Below, piece after piece: positions 1-9,559 of a stretch of DNA of 64,000 nucleotides. The translations under genes and the position numbers were made by a program. Under the pieces are notes generated by a model, which searched no databases, was not told the origin of the DNA, and saw only the letters and a program-made list of their open reading frames with translations. The stretch is taken from assembly GCA_903855135.1 (NCBI GenBank), contig CAINYB010000006.1:29631-93630 (forward strand). Reading direction: 5' to 3'. The DNA comes from an uncultured bacterium. GTDB taxonomy: Bacteria; Patescibacteriota; Patescibacteriia; UBA1558; GWA2-36-10. The first letter of the stretch is position 1; every line of letters begins with the position of its first letter.

Positions 1-700
1 TCTTGATCCTCGCCACTATCGCATCATGCACTTCGGCTGGTAACTCCACCTTATCATGTAATTCGCCATCTATTCTAAATCTGATCACGACAGCGTCAGG
101 TAAGGCCTCGATATGAATATCAGAAGCTTGATCAAATAAAGCATACTCTAAAATCACATCAACGATTTGGATAATCGGTAAGTCCAACTGACTTGGTGTA
201 CCTTGGACTTGTTTAAATTTTTGGTTAATAATTTCATGCAACTCTTCGGTAATATTTTTTTCATACAAATGAGCAGCGAAAAAGAAATTTTTACTACTAG
301 TTAAATATGGCGCAATTGGTTTTTTTAAAGATTGAGTGACAGCATCGACACTTTCTTTTCTCAAAGGATCAACAAAAGCTACTTTTATTTTATCCTGTTC
401 AATGGCAAAAGGAATAGCTTGATTGTCACGCGCAATTTTTTCGTCTAATAAATTGACAATTTCTGACTCTAATTTTATTTTACGTAAATTAGCATATGGC
501 ACTTTAATCAAGTCTCCAAGTAATTCATATAAAAATAGCTCATTAAAAAAACCTCTCTCTATCAATACTTCTTCGATAGCGCGACGACGACGAGAGGCGT
601 TTTTTTTCGCGTTTTCCCAATCAGTTTCCGTGATAACTTTTTGGGCTAACAATACTTTTTTTATTTCTTCTTCGGAAATTGGTAAACTTGAACTGGCCAT
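1..700 (-). CDS. Type II/IV secretion assembly ATPase GspE/PilB family (5' part; runs off window start)
   Basis: Not in ORF track. Hand translation from ATG at 700: MASSSLPISEEEIKKVLL...IIQIVDVILEYALFDQASDIHIEALPDAVVIRFRIDGELHD...IVARIK, the ASDIHIE..RFRIDG motif of PilB/GspE. Confidence 0.9.
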   Translation of the reverse strand, partial: MASSSLPISEEEIKKVLLAQKVITETDWENAKKNASRRRRAIEEVLIERGFFNELFLYELLGDLIKVPYANLRKIKLESEIVNLLDEKIARDNQAIPFAIEQDKIKVAFVDPLRKESVDAVTQSLKKPIAPYLTSSKNFFFAAHLYEKNITEELHEIINQKFKQVQGTPSQLDLPIIQIVDVILEYALFDQASDIHIEALPDAVVIRFRIDGELHDKVELPAEVHDAIVARIK

Positions 701-782
701 AATATATTTAAAGTAATTTAAACTAAATAATTATTTATATTATACCATATTTTAGAAATAAACTATAATTTATTTTATTCGT

Positions 783-803
783 GTCCCCGCGTACGCGGGG
801 AAG
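783..803. repeat. REP-like palindrome GTCCCCGCGTACGCGGGGAAG (identical copy at 50320-50340)
   Basis: 21-nt exact match between two intergenic sites about 49.5 kb apart; perfect palindromic core. Confidence 0.85.
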
Positions 804-833
804 ACGAAAGAAGTATTGATTTAGAAAAATATT

Positions 834-2213
834 TTATTCGTGGATAATTACTTTAGTGCCAAGTGCTGTAATGTTGTATAAATACTCTGCTGGGCCAACA
901 CCTAAGCGTACACAACCATGAGAAGCTTTCTTTCCTAAATGTGCTTCACCCTCTTTGTAGCCATTTGGCCACTCTGGTAATTCATGTAAACCATAGCCTT
1001 TTTGGACATTAAAGGCCATCCAATAAGGCATATAAAGTCCATAAGCTCTTGAATATCGCCTTTCTTGCTTATAATCTACAGTGAATTCGCCTATTGGCGT
1101 CGGCATCCTGTCTAAGCCAGAAGATACGGGAAAGCTAGCTATTTCTATGCCATGATAAGCATAAACTTTGAGATTTTGTTCACTTAAATCAATGTCGATA
1201 TACTTTTCTACATCGGTTCGGCCAGTGGTTTTATGGGCGGGAAAAAATAATAATTTATTTTCTAAGTCAACTAAATTTAAACCAGTTAATAAATCTGGAG
1301 CAAAGGCCATGAATTCATTTTTCAAATTACCAAAGCCATCAAAAATTTTTACATGTGGTCCACCTGATAGTTGCGGTACGGTGATAATTTCCTCTTTATT
1401 ATCATTATCTATATCTAAAGCTAAAACTTCAAATCCAGCTTTAAATTTTTCTTCATAAGTCAAAAAACTATTTACTTCAGAACCATCTAAACGATAAATA
1501 TAAAGTTTTGGATAACGATCAGCATCAGAAGCTAGTAAAATTTCATCCATTTCGTCACCACCCAAATCTACACGAGTGATCTTAAAATCTGGTCCCAAAT
1601 CATAAGGCACGATAAAATTAATGTCTAAATTTTCACCAAAACGATTAAAAACTTTGACGTGAACTTGATTATTTTCATAAATAGCCGTGGCTATTTCTCG
1701 TCGGCCATCTTGATTAGCATCGATACTCGCTACTTTGACGCCACTATTTGTTTTGGGGAAAGCAAACCATTCTTTGCCAAATTTTAGCTCACCATAGCCA
1801 TTAAATATTCTGACATGAGAACCACCACTGCCATTTACACCAGTAATAATCTCTTGTTTATTATCACCGTCTAGATCTCCAACCGTTAATTCCACGCCTT
1901 GAGTCATATCTTCTTTATAGGCTAGCCAGCTTTTTATTAAACTGCCATCTTGCCTCAAGATTTTTACATAAGGCAGACCCTTTTTTTTGGTACTTAAAAC
2001 TAATTCATCCATGCCATCGCCACCAAGATCAACTGAAGCGATATTAAATTCACTAAAATCTTGTAAATTTTCTGTTGACCACAAAAAATCACTGACTGTT
2101 TTATCAGTCGGTGACCATAAACGGCCGCGATCAAAATCAATCGCGCCAAAAACTATCTTTGGAGTTAAAAATATAAAGCTAAACAAAAAGTAATATAGTA
2201 TCTTTTTGTGCAT
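834..2213 (-). CDS. Secreted L,D-transpeptidase (YkuD domain) with N-terminal FG-GAP/VCBS-like repeats
   Basis: Signal peptide; repeated DLGGDG/DLDGDN/DANQDG/DIDNDN motifs; C-terminal IDIDLSEQ...TPIGEF...GLHE...SHGCVRL. Confidence 0.88.
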   Translation of the reverse strand: MHKKILYYFLFSFIFLTPKIVFGAIDFDRGRLWSPTDKTVSDFLWSTENLQDFSEFNIASVDLGGDGMDELVLSTKKKGLPYVKILRQDGSLIKSWLAYKEDMTQGVELTVGDLDGDNKQEIITGVNGSGGSHVRIFNGYGELKFGKEWFAFPKTNSGVKVASIDANQDGRREIATAIYENNQVHVKVFNRFGENLDINFIVPYDLGPDFKITRVDLGGDEMDEILLASDADRYPKLYIYRLDGSEVNSFLTYEEKFKAGFEVLALDIDNDNKEEIITVPQLSGGPHVKIFDGFGNLKNEFMAFAPDLLTGLNLVDLENKLLFFPAHKTTGRTDVEKYIDIDLSEQNLKVYAYHGIEIASFPVSSGLDRMPTPIGEFTVDYKQERRYSRAYGLYMPYWMAFNVQKGYGLHELPEWPNGYKEGEAHLGKKASHGCVRLGVGPAEYLYNITALGTKVIIHE

Positions 2214-2255
2214 TTTTATTTATGTTTTTTTGTTTTTATGTAATTTCTTTACCTT

Positions 2256-2276
2256 TTTCCCGCCTACGGCGGGAAA
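2256..2276. repeat. REP-like hairpin TTTCCCGCC-TAC-GGCGGGAAA
   Basis: Perfect 9-bp stem with a triloop. Confidence 0.8.
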
Positions 2277-2352
2277 TAAGCTTATATTTACCCGGAGATT
2301 TTCTGTCTCCTTTTGAATTAATACTTTCTTCCACCTTTTCCGCGTATACTGT

Positions 2353-2375
2353 TTTCCTCCGCGTAGCGGAGGAAA
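2353..2375. repeat. REP-like hairpin TTTCCTCCGC-GTA-GCGGAGGAAA
   Basis: Perfect 10-bp stem with a GTA triloop. Confidence 0.8.
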
Positions 2376-2388
2376 TATAGGGTATAGT

Positions 2389-2640
2389 TTATTTCTGGAA
2401 TCTTAAATCACAAGATCTCTGACAAGAATCAAAACCTTGCTGTAAACAATTTGCTTGACCCTCGATGTTAACTTCACAAAAATTATCTTGGCACATTTTC
2501 ACACAAGACTTGTGATCGGTAAAAGGCACAATGGCAGTATCTACTTCCGCTGCTTTGCCCGTCACACTACAAGCACTCAAAGTCAAGCTTAAAGTAAGAA
2601 GTAAAAAAGATATAGCTGTTTTATTTGCTTTATTTTCCAT
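2389..2640 (-). CDS. Small cysteine-rich lipoprotein
   Basis: Lipobox LSAC after a hydrophobic stretch; six further Cys in the C-terminal 40 aa. Confidence 0.75.
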   Translation of the reverse strand: MENKANKTAISFLLLTLSLTLSACSVTGKAAEVDTAIVPFTDHKSCVKMCQDNFCEVNIEGQANCLQQGFDSCQRSCDLRFQK

Positions 2641-2642
2641 AT

Positions 2643-3821
2643 TTAAACAATAACTATTTTTTTATCTTGATAAACAGTTTCTTCTACAAACTTATTTACT
2701 ATTATTTGAAATTGATCAAATTCATTTTTAAATTTTTCTCTGCCTTCTGGAAATGATAAATTTAATTCTTTCATTTTTCTTAATACACTAAAAAATTCTG
2801 TTTTAATGTCTACTTTTTTTAAAAATTCTACCATTTTTGGAAATTTTGTTTCTAAATTATCTAAATCTGCCATACTTAAATTTGACCAATCGTTTTTAAG
2901 TTGTTTCCCTTCTTTATTTAGCGCAATATGGAATTCTTCCCAATCTTTATTAATTTCTTTCAAAACTATCTCTTGTCCTCTTCTGTCAGCTGGTAAAAAT
3001 TTTTGTAAAAAATCTTCGACAGTCATAAAACCAAAACGAACTTTATACAAAAAGTCTCCAGTTTCTAATAATTTTTTTAAACGATTATGATTAATCTGCC
3101 CATTTTGATCAATAAATTGTAGCCAAGTTGATTGACTATGATGGGTAAATGCTTTATCCGTGATTTGAAAACCTAATCTTTTAGCGACTGGCGTGTCCAT
3201 CAGCCAAGATGTTCCGGTGATAAATTTTACTTTTGGGTATTTATCTATAATTTCTTCCGCTAATTTACCAAACCATATGTGTAAATTCTCTGGATTTAAT
3301 TCTGTTTCTGCTTTTTTAAAAAATTCTTCAACGTGTATCTCTAAACATTCGTCTGATTTTTTAATACCATATTCTTCCAAATTCGTTTCTCTGTTATCAC
3401 TAATATTATGTCTAATGGGACCTATGCTACGCTCTTGATTATTACTAATTGGCTTATCTTTCTTTTTAAGTTCTTTAAGAAAGTTTTTTTTACTTAAAAC
3501 TAGCTGAAAAATTTGTGTATGCCAATCTTCTTGATGATCATGATGTATTTGATCTATATTTACTAAAATTGGCTGTAAAAATTCTTGCCAAGCATCTTCA
3601 TTTGCCCCCTCTGTTTGATTATACTCATTACTTAGGTCAGAAATAATAGTTGTGTATTGGTCTAGAATTTGTGTAAATTTAATCTCTGGATTTGTAAGTA
3701 CTTCTTGAGAAAATTTTTGACCAGCAAAATATAACTGAATTTCTGATAATTTTTCATACAAAAGCCTCTCGTGTTCTTGAGGGTCTTCGGCATTTATTCT
3801 TGTTTCAAAACTATTTTCCAT
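2643..3821 (-). CDS. Hypothetical protein (392 aa)
   Basis: Long ORF; start moved to ATG at 3821 (MENSFETR), overlapping the secA stop by 11 nt. Confidence 0.75.
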   Translation of the reverse strand: MENSFETRINAEDPQEHERLLYEKLSEIQLYFAGQKFSQEVLTNPEIKFTQILDQYTTIISDLSNEYNQTEGANEDAWQEFLQPILVNIDQIHHDHQEDWHTQIFQLVLSKKNFLKELKKKDKPISNNQERSIGPIRHNISDNRETNLEEYGIKKSDECLEIHVEEFFKKAETELNPENLHIWFGKLAEEIIDKYPKVKFITGTSWLMDTPVAKRLGFQITDKAFTHHSQSTWLQFIDQNGQINHNRLKKLLETGDFLYKVRFGFMTVEDFLQKFLPADRRGQEIVLKEINKDWEEFHIALNKEGKQLKNDWSNLSMADLDNLETKFPKMVEFLKKVDIKTEFFSVLRKMKELNLSFPEGREKFKNEFDQFQIIVNKFVEETVYQDKKIVIV

Positions 3822-6567
3822 GACAATGTTTATATTTTTTACCAGAGCCACAAAAACAAAGATCATTGCGACCAATTTTATGACCGCTAGCATCTTTTGG
3901 TTTAGTAGCTAAAACTTGATTAGCTTGAGCCCTTTCCTCTACTTGCTGTTGAAAAGGACTAAAGCCTTGCTTTTGTTCATTGAATTGTCGCATTTGCTGA
4001 ACTTGGGGTGCGGCCATTTTACGAGCAATACCGACTTTAAAAATAGCATAAACTATTTGTTGGCGAATAGCATTAATCAAACTATTAAACAATATAAAAG
4101 CTTCACGTTTGTACTCTACTAGTGGATCACGCTGTCCGTAGCCCTGTAAGCCAATACCGGTACGTAATTTGTCCATGGCCGTCAAATGCTCTACCCATAA
4201 AGTATCCACGCTACGCAAGACTAAACCGCGCTCGATCATCTGCATCGGGGCGATTTGCTCATCATTAATATCAATCGAGCTGTTGATAGTTTCGGTTTGC
4301 TCCTGATATTTTGTTTTGGCTAAAGCCTGCAAATAAGTGATTAATTCTGTGCGAGCAACATGATCATGACTTTTTTCTACTTGCTCTAATAATTCTTTGA
4401 TTTTTGCAATCTCCTCTTCAGAAACAGTAAAAATATTTTTGATAGTTTCGATGATTTCTTGAGGATTGAAATCACCGTGCTCTTCTTTACCTAAAGTATG
4501 AAAAGAAACCACTTCTTCAATTTCTTTATTGATTTGTTCTAAAACAAAATTTTGTGCTAATTCTGCTTTAGCTGTTTTGTCATTGATGTCCGTAAAAATA
4601 GTCAAAAAGTTTTGACGTAGTTTATAAACTACTTGACGATGTTTATTTATCACATCATCATACTCGACTAAATGTTTACGAATATCAAAGTTATGACCTT
4701 CTACTTTTTTCTGAGCAGCTTCAATAGAATTAGAAATCATTTTATTTTCAATGGCGGTTTCTTCATCCAAACCCAAAGTAGTCATCAATGATTTGATTCT
4801 ATCAGAGCCGAAAATACGCATCAAATCATCATCCAAAGAAATATAAAATTGAGAAGAACCAGGATCACCCTGACGACCAGCACGTCCTCTGAGCTGATTG
4901 TCGATACGACGAGACTCATGTCTTTCGGTACCTAAAACATGCAAGCCACCTAAAGCTTTTATTTCTTCGTGTTTATCTTTATCAAAAGGTATACCACCCA
5001 AAACAATGTCCACACCTCTACCAGCCATATTGGTCGCTACCGTAACAGCACCTTTTTTACCTGCCTGTGCTAAAATTTCAGCCTCTTTAGCGTGCTGTTT
5101 AGCATTTAAAAGACTAAAAGGAATACCAGTTTTTTCTAGCATTGCTGCTAGCTCTTCATTTTTTTCGATAGAAACTGTACCGACTAGCACCGGCTGACCA
5201 GCCTGATGTCGCTCTTCGATTTCTTTGACAATAGCCTTGAGTTTACCGCGATAAGATTTATAAATACGATCTTTTTTATCATTTCTGACAAAAGGCTTAT
5301 TACCCGGCACTACTGTCACATCTAAGCTATAGATTTTAGCCATTTCTTCGGCTTCAGTTTCGGCTGTACCAGTCATACCAGCTAGCTTGTCATACATTCT
5401 AAAATAATTTTGGAAAGTAATGGTGGCCAAAGTCATGCTTTCTTTTTGAACTGATACTCCTTCTTTGGCTTCGATGGCTTGATGTAAGCCCTCAGAATAT
5501 CTACGACCTTCCATCATACGGCCAGTAAATTCATCGATGATGATAACTTCATTATTTTTCACCACATAATCTCTGTCTATCTGAAATAAAGTTTTCGCAC
5601 GCAAAGCTTGCTCCAAGTGATGAATAGTGCTTAAACCATGACTTTCATAAATATTATCAACGTTGAGTAATTCTTCCATTTTTTTCACACCAGCTTCTGT
5701 CAAAGTAGCCGTGCGCATCTTTTCATCGATATTATAATGCTCATCTGCTTGTAAAACATTGACTAGCTGAGAGAACTGTTGATATTGAGCAGCTGATTCT
5801 TCGGCTGGTGCGGAAATAATAAGTGGAGTTCTAGCTTCATCGATCAAAATACTATCGACTTCATCGACAATAGCATAGTGCAAACCACGTTGCGCTTGTT
5901 CGTCTATGCTTTGCGCCATATTATCACGCAAGTAGTCAAAACCAAACTCATTATTAGTACCATAAGTAATATCAGCATTATAGGCTTCTTTTCTGGTCAC
6001 TGACTGTAAATAATCAGTCACCACTTTGACACCAGCATCTCGTGTCTGATCATCTTGAGTGTCAGCTGCTTGTTTATTATAAATAAAAGAAGCATCGTGC
6101 TGAATCACACCGATACTCAAACCTAAGAAATCATAAATTTGGCCCATCCAAGTAGCATCACGTTTAGCTAAATAGTCATTGACGGTCACGACATGCACAC
6201 CTTTGCCTTCTAAAGCATTTAAATAAACAGCTAAAGTAGCGGTCAAAGTCTTACCTTCACCAGTTTTCATTTCCGCGATTTGACCTTGATGTAAAACCAT
6301 GCCGCCTAATAACTGCACATCAAAATGTCTTTGCTTCAAAGTACGAAAAGCAGCTAATTTGACTAAAGCAAAAGCTGGCACTAATAGCTCTTCTAAATTA
6401 GCACCGGTTTGGGCTTGAGTTTTTAATTCAAGTGATTTAGTTTTTAATTCTTCATCAGATAAATCTTGCCAAGCTTGTTCTTGCTTGTTTATTTCTTCAA
6501 TCTGTGGATTTAATTTATCTAAAAAACGTTGGTTGGCATCGCCGAAAATTTTTTGTATCCAGGACAT
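3811..6567 (-). CDS. secA: Preprotein translocase ATPase SecA
   Basis: MKTGEGKT Walker A, DEVDSILIDEARTPLIIS, TNMAGRG, C-terminal SEC-C GRNDLCFCGSGKKYKHCH. Confidence 0.99.
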   Translation of the reverse strand: MSWIQKIFGDANQRFLDKLNPQIEEINKQEQAWQDLSDEELKTKSLELKTQAQTGANLEELLVPAFALVKLAAFRTLKQRHFDVQLLGGMVLHQGQIAEMKTGEGKTLTATLAVYLNALEGKGVHVVTVNDYLAKRDATWMGQIYDFLGLSIGVIQHDASFIYNKQAADTQDDQTRDAGVKVVTDYLQSVTRKEAYNADITYGTNNEFGFDYLRDNMAQSIDEQAQRGLHYAIVDEVDSILIDEARTPLIISAPAEESAAQYQQFSQLVNVLQADEHYNIDEKMRTATLTEAGVKKMEELLNVDNIYESHGLSTIHHLEQALRAKTLFQIDRDYVVKNNEVIIIDEFTGRMMEGRRYSEGLHQAIEAKEGVSVQKESMTLATITFQNYFRMYDKLAGMTGTAETEAEEMAKIYSLDVTVVPGNKPFVRNDKKDRIYKSYRGKLKAIVKEIEERHQAGQPVLVGTVSIEKNEELAAMLEKTGIPFSLLNAKQHAKEAEILAQAGKKGAVTVATNMAGRGVDIVLGGIPFDKDKHEEIKALGGLHVLGTERHESRRIDNQLRGRAGRQGDPGSSQFYISLDDDLMRIFGSDRIKSLMTTLGLDEETAIENKMISNSIEAAQKKVEGHNFDIRKHLVEYDDVINKHRQVVYKLRQNFLTIFTDINDKTAKAELAQNFVLEQINKEIEEVVSFHTLGKEEHGDFNPQEIIETIKNIFTVSEEEIAKIKELLEQVEKSHDHVARTELITYLQALAKTKYQEQTETINSSIDINDEQIAPMQMIERGLVLRSVDTLWVEHLTAMDKLRTGIGLQGYGQRDPLVEYKREAFILFNSLINAIRQQIVYAIFKVGIARKMAAPQVQQMRQFNEQKQGFSPFQQQVEERAQANQVLATKPKDASGHKIGRNDLCFCGSGKKYKHCHGK

Positions 6568-6586
6568 AATGTGTTATATATTCTAT

Positions 6587-6937
6587 TTACTGCCAAAATT
6601 TTAAAGATTTTATCGAATTAGTTGCTCTTTTCCAACGGCTAATATTTTTATCTTTAAGCTTGAGCAATTGACGACTTAGCTTGTCTTGTAAAATATCTAC
6701 CGCTGCTCTAGGATCAGCGTGCATTTCACTCAAAACTAATTGCTTTTTATTTGGCAAAGCTACTTTTACTTCTACTTGAAAAACCTCTCCTTTTTTATGA
6801 TGTTGATCGCGAGACAAATTAACCTCAAAAGAGCTAATATCTCCCTGATATCTATCTAGGCTAGAAAATTTATCTTGTAGATAAATCTCAAAACTATCCG
6901 TTAAATCAAAGTTTTTGTTGTAGATTTTAATGTTCAT
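6587..6937 (-). CDS. hpf: Ribosome hibernation factor (HPF/RaiA)
   Basis: MNIKIYNKNFDLT..., AAVDILQDKLSRQL; canonical position upstream of secA. Confidence 0.88.
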   Translation of the reverse strand: MNIKIYNKNFDLTDSFEIYLQDKFSSLDRYQGDISSFEVNLSRDQHHKKGEVFQVEVKVALPNKKQLVLSEMHADPRAAVDILQDKLSRQLLKLKDKNISRWKRATNSIKSLKFWQ

Positions 6938-6995
6938 AGCTTTTTATTGTTCACTCGCCCTGTGGGCGATTAATTAATTACTTAATTACACTTTA

Positions 6996-7024
6996 AATAT
7001 ACCAAAAAGAGCCCAAAAAATCAA
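6996..7024 (-). promoter_or_regulatory. Sigma70 promoter for hpf-secA
   Basis: TTGATT-17 nt-TATATT with extended TGn. Confidence 0.6.
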
Positions 7025-7030
7025 TACCAA

Positions 7031-7055
7031 AAAACTGCTTAAATTAAGCAGTTTT
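7031..7055 (-). terminator. Intrinsic terminator after alaS
   Basis: AAAACTGCTTAA/TTAAGCAGTTTT inverted repeat followed by a T tract on the minus strand. Confidence 0.65.
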
Positions 7056-7076
7056 AAAGCTAACATTAGCTAAAAT

Positions 7077-8846
7077 TTATTCTAAAATGGCTTTAATACG
7101 TCGTATGCCAGCAGAACTAGACTCTTCTTTTAAGATCTTAAAATGACCTAATTCGCTAGTATTTTCGACATGTGGGCCACCACAAATTTCTCGGCTAAAG
7201 AAATTAGCGTCAGATCCCACTGTATAAACCTTTACTTTTTCTCCATATTTATGGCCAAATAAACCAATCGCGCCTTTATTTTTAGCCTCTTCTACGGTCA
7301 TTTCTTGCCAAGACATTGGCAATTTAGCATTAATCTGTTGATTCACTAAATCCTCTACTTGGCTGATTTGTTCAGGAGTCATTTTGTCTGGGTGGACAAA
7401 GTCAAAACGCATGCGTTCAGCATTGATATTACTACCACGTTGTTCCACATGATCACCTAAAACAGTACGTAAAGCCTGATGTAAAAGATGCGTAGCCGTA
7501 TGATATTTACGACTCATGTCGCTATCATCAGCAAGTCCTCCTTTGAACATACCAGCGGAAGCAGTGCGAGATAATTCCTGATGTTTTAAAAATGCCTCTT
7601 TATATTCTGCTTCTGAAAACTTTAAACCTTTTTCTTGTGCCAATTCTAAAGTTAATTCAATCGGAAAACCATAAGTAGCAAAAAGTTCAAAAGCAGTTTG
7701 TGCATTTAAATTATTAGCCTGAAATAATTTTTCAAATTGTTTTAAACCATTTTGTAAAGTTTGATTAAACTTTTCTTCTTCTTTTTGTAGTTCAGTAAAA
7801 ATAAAACTTTTATTTTTTTCTAATTCTGGATAAGTATTTTTAAAATTATCTATCACGACTTGCACTAAAATAGTTGTAAAGCCAGCTTGAATGTTTAGAT
7901 TTTTAGCAAAACGAATTGCTCGTCTGATCACACGTCTTAAAACATAGCCTTGGCCAGTATTTGACGGTGATACACCTTTTGGATCACCTAATAAAAAAGT
8001 AGCTGAGCGCATGTGATCAGCGATCACCCGAAAAGATTTAGTGTCTTCTGTATATTTTTTAGCACTCAAGTCCTCTATTTTTTGAATCAGCGGATAAAAT
8101 AAATCTGTTAGATAATTATCAGCCAAGCCATTTAAAACTGCCAAAGTTCTTTCTAGACCCATACCAGTATCAATATTTTTTTGGGCTAAAGGCAAAAATT
8201 GACCATCAATAGTTTTGTTATATTCCATGAAAACATTATTCCAGATCTCTACCCAATTTTTATCTGTGGGATCAAAATCTTCTGGCACAGCATCTTTATC
8301 GCCTACCCAATAAAATATCTCTGTATCCGGACCACAAGGGCCGCTGGTGCCTGCTGGACCCCACCAGTTATCATCTACGCCTAGTTTAGCTATTCTTGGT
8401 GCTTTGACGCCTAAACTAAGCCATTTATCATAAGCTATTTTATCTTCACCGACGTTTTCATTGCCTGCAAAAACAGAAACTGCTAAATATTTATCCTCTA
8501 TAACTAATTCTTTGGTCAAAAATTCCCAAGCAAAATCAATAGCTTGGATTTTATCATAATCACCCAAAGACCAATTACCCAGCATCTCAAAAAAAGTGTG
8601 GTGGGTAGTGTCTCCTACTTCTTCAATGTCTCCTGTGCGCCAACATTTTTGTACGTCAACCAATCTTGTGCCACTTGGATGTTTTTCACCCATTAAATAT
8701 GGCACCAAAGGATGCATACCAGCGGTCGTAAATAAAACCGTTGGATCATTTTCGGGAATCAAAGACGCTGAAGAAATAATAGCGTGATTATTTTTTTGAA
8801 AATACGTTAAAAATTTTTCTCTTAACTTTTGTCCTGTTATATTCAT
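7077..8846 (-). CDS. alaS: Alanyl-tRNA synthetase (short form without C-Ala domain)
   Basis: LFTTAGM, HHTFFEMLGNWS, IDTGMGLER, editing HTATH...CGGPH; start moved to ATG 8846 (MNITGQKLRE). Confidence 0.97.
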   Translation of the reverse strand: MNITGQKLREKFLTYFQKNNHAIISSASLIPENDPTVLFTTAGMHPLVPYLMGEKHPSGTRLVDVQKCWRTGDIEEVGDTTHHTFFEMLGNWSLGDYDKIQAIDFAWEFLTKELVIEDKYLAVSVFAGNENVGEDKIAYDKWLSLGVKAPRIAKLGVDDNWWGPAGTSGPCGPDTEIFYWVGDKDAVPEDFDPTDKNWVEIWNNVFMEYNKTIDGQFLPLAQKNIDTGMGLERTLAVLNGLADNYLTDLFYPLIQKIEDLSAKKYTEDTKSFRVIADHMRSATFLLGDPKGVSPSNTGQGYVLRRVIRRAIRFAKNLNIQAGFTTILVQVVIDNFKNTYPELEKNKSFIFTELQKEEEKFNQTLQNGLKQFEKLFQANNLNAQTAFELFATYGFPIELTLELAQEKGLKFSEAEYKEAFLKHQELSRTASAGMFKGGLADDSDMSRKYHTATHLLHQALRTVLGDHVEQRGSNINAERMRFDFVHPDKMTPEQISQVEDLVNQQINAKLPMSWQEMTVEEAKNKGAIGLFGHKYGEKVKVYTVGSDANFFSREICGGPHVENTSELGHFKILKEESSSAGIRRIKAILE

Positions 8847-8867
8847 AAAATCATCATTATTATCTCG

Positions 8868-8932
8868 TATCTCCGCTAACGCGGAGATAGATCTAAGCCA
8901 CTTATAGTTCCACACCCGCGTCAGCGGGTGTG
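8868..8932. repeat. Two REP-like hairpins upstream of alaS
   Basis: TATCTCCGC-TAAC-GCGGAGATA (8868-8889) and CACACCCGC-GTCA-GCGGGTGTG (8911-8932). Confidence 0.75.
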
Positions 8933-8951
8933 ATCTAAATGGCGTATTAAT

Positions 8952-9551
8952 TTATTTTTTAAATTTATCAAAAAACCAATCACTATATTTATAGACCAAA
9001 ACAGATGAGACTGGCAGACTCATAAAGCCCAATAACACATCATATAGTGTATCATTTGGCTCAGTTGCTGTAAAAAACATATTTTTGTTTAAATAAATCG
9101 TAATAAAATATTCAAATAATTCCCATAATAAAATTAAAGACATGGAAACCACTAAAGTCGCTAATACTAAATCAGATTTGGTAGTTTTGATATTTAAATG
9201 TAAAGTTCCAGCTTTAAAAAATATTGAAAATAAAATAAATAGGGCTAAAGGCGTAAAAAAGTGTACATAAGTATCATAGTGATAAATATTATCAAACAAC
9301 CACAAATAACCAGCTACTGATAACAACATCACAGCTGAAAAACCAATCTCAATCCAGTCTAAAAACTCATTGGAAATATTTTCATGTAGACCTAAACGGC
9401 GGTAGATAATACGTGGCAAAAATAAAACTGCAGCAAAAGCTAAATAACCTAAAACTACAAAAATACTATGTCCAGTGATCAAAAAATAAGCTGACATAAA
9501 CATCAAAAGTACGCTAACAGCATTGATAAATTGACGAATTTTTAATTTCAT
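8952..9551 (-). CDS. Integral membrane protein (DUF2238/VanZ-like)
   Basis: Several TM helices; YDTYVH, WELFE and DTLYD motifs. Confidence 0.65.
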   Translation of the reverse strand: MKLKIRQFINAVSVLLMFMSAYFLITGHSIFVVLGYLAFAAVLFLPRIIYRRLGLHENISNEFLDWIEIGFSAVMLLSVAGYLWLFDNIYHYDTYVHFFTPLALFILFSIFFKAGTLHLNIKTTKSDLVLATLVVSMSLILLWELFEYFITIYLNKNMFFTATEPNDTLYDVLLGFMSLPVSSVLVYKYSDWFFDKFKK

Positions 9552-9559
9552 AAAATTAT

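Noticed and set aside
8847-8915. N-terminal extensions in the ORF track (alaS, also 3893, 20095, 25085, 35568, 48234, 51562)
   Set aside because: They come from upstream alternative start codons that overlap hairpins, promoters or neighbouring genes; downstream ATGs fit the families better.
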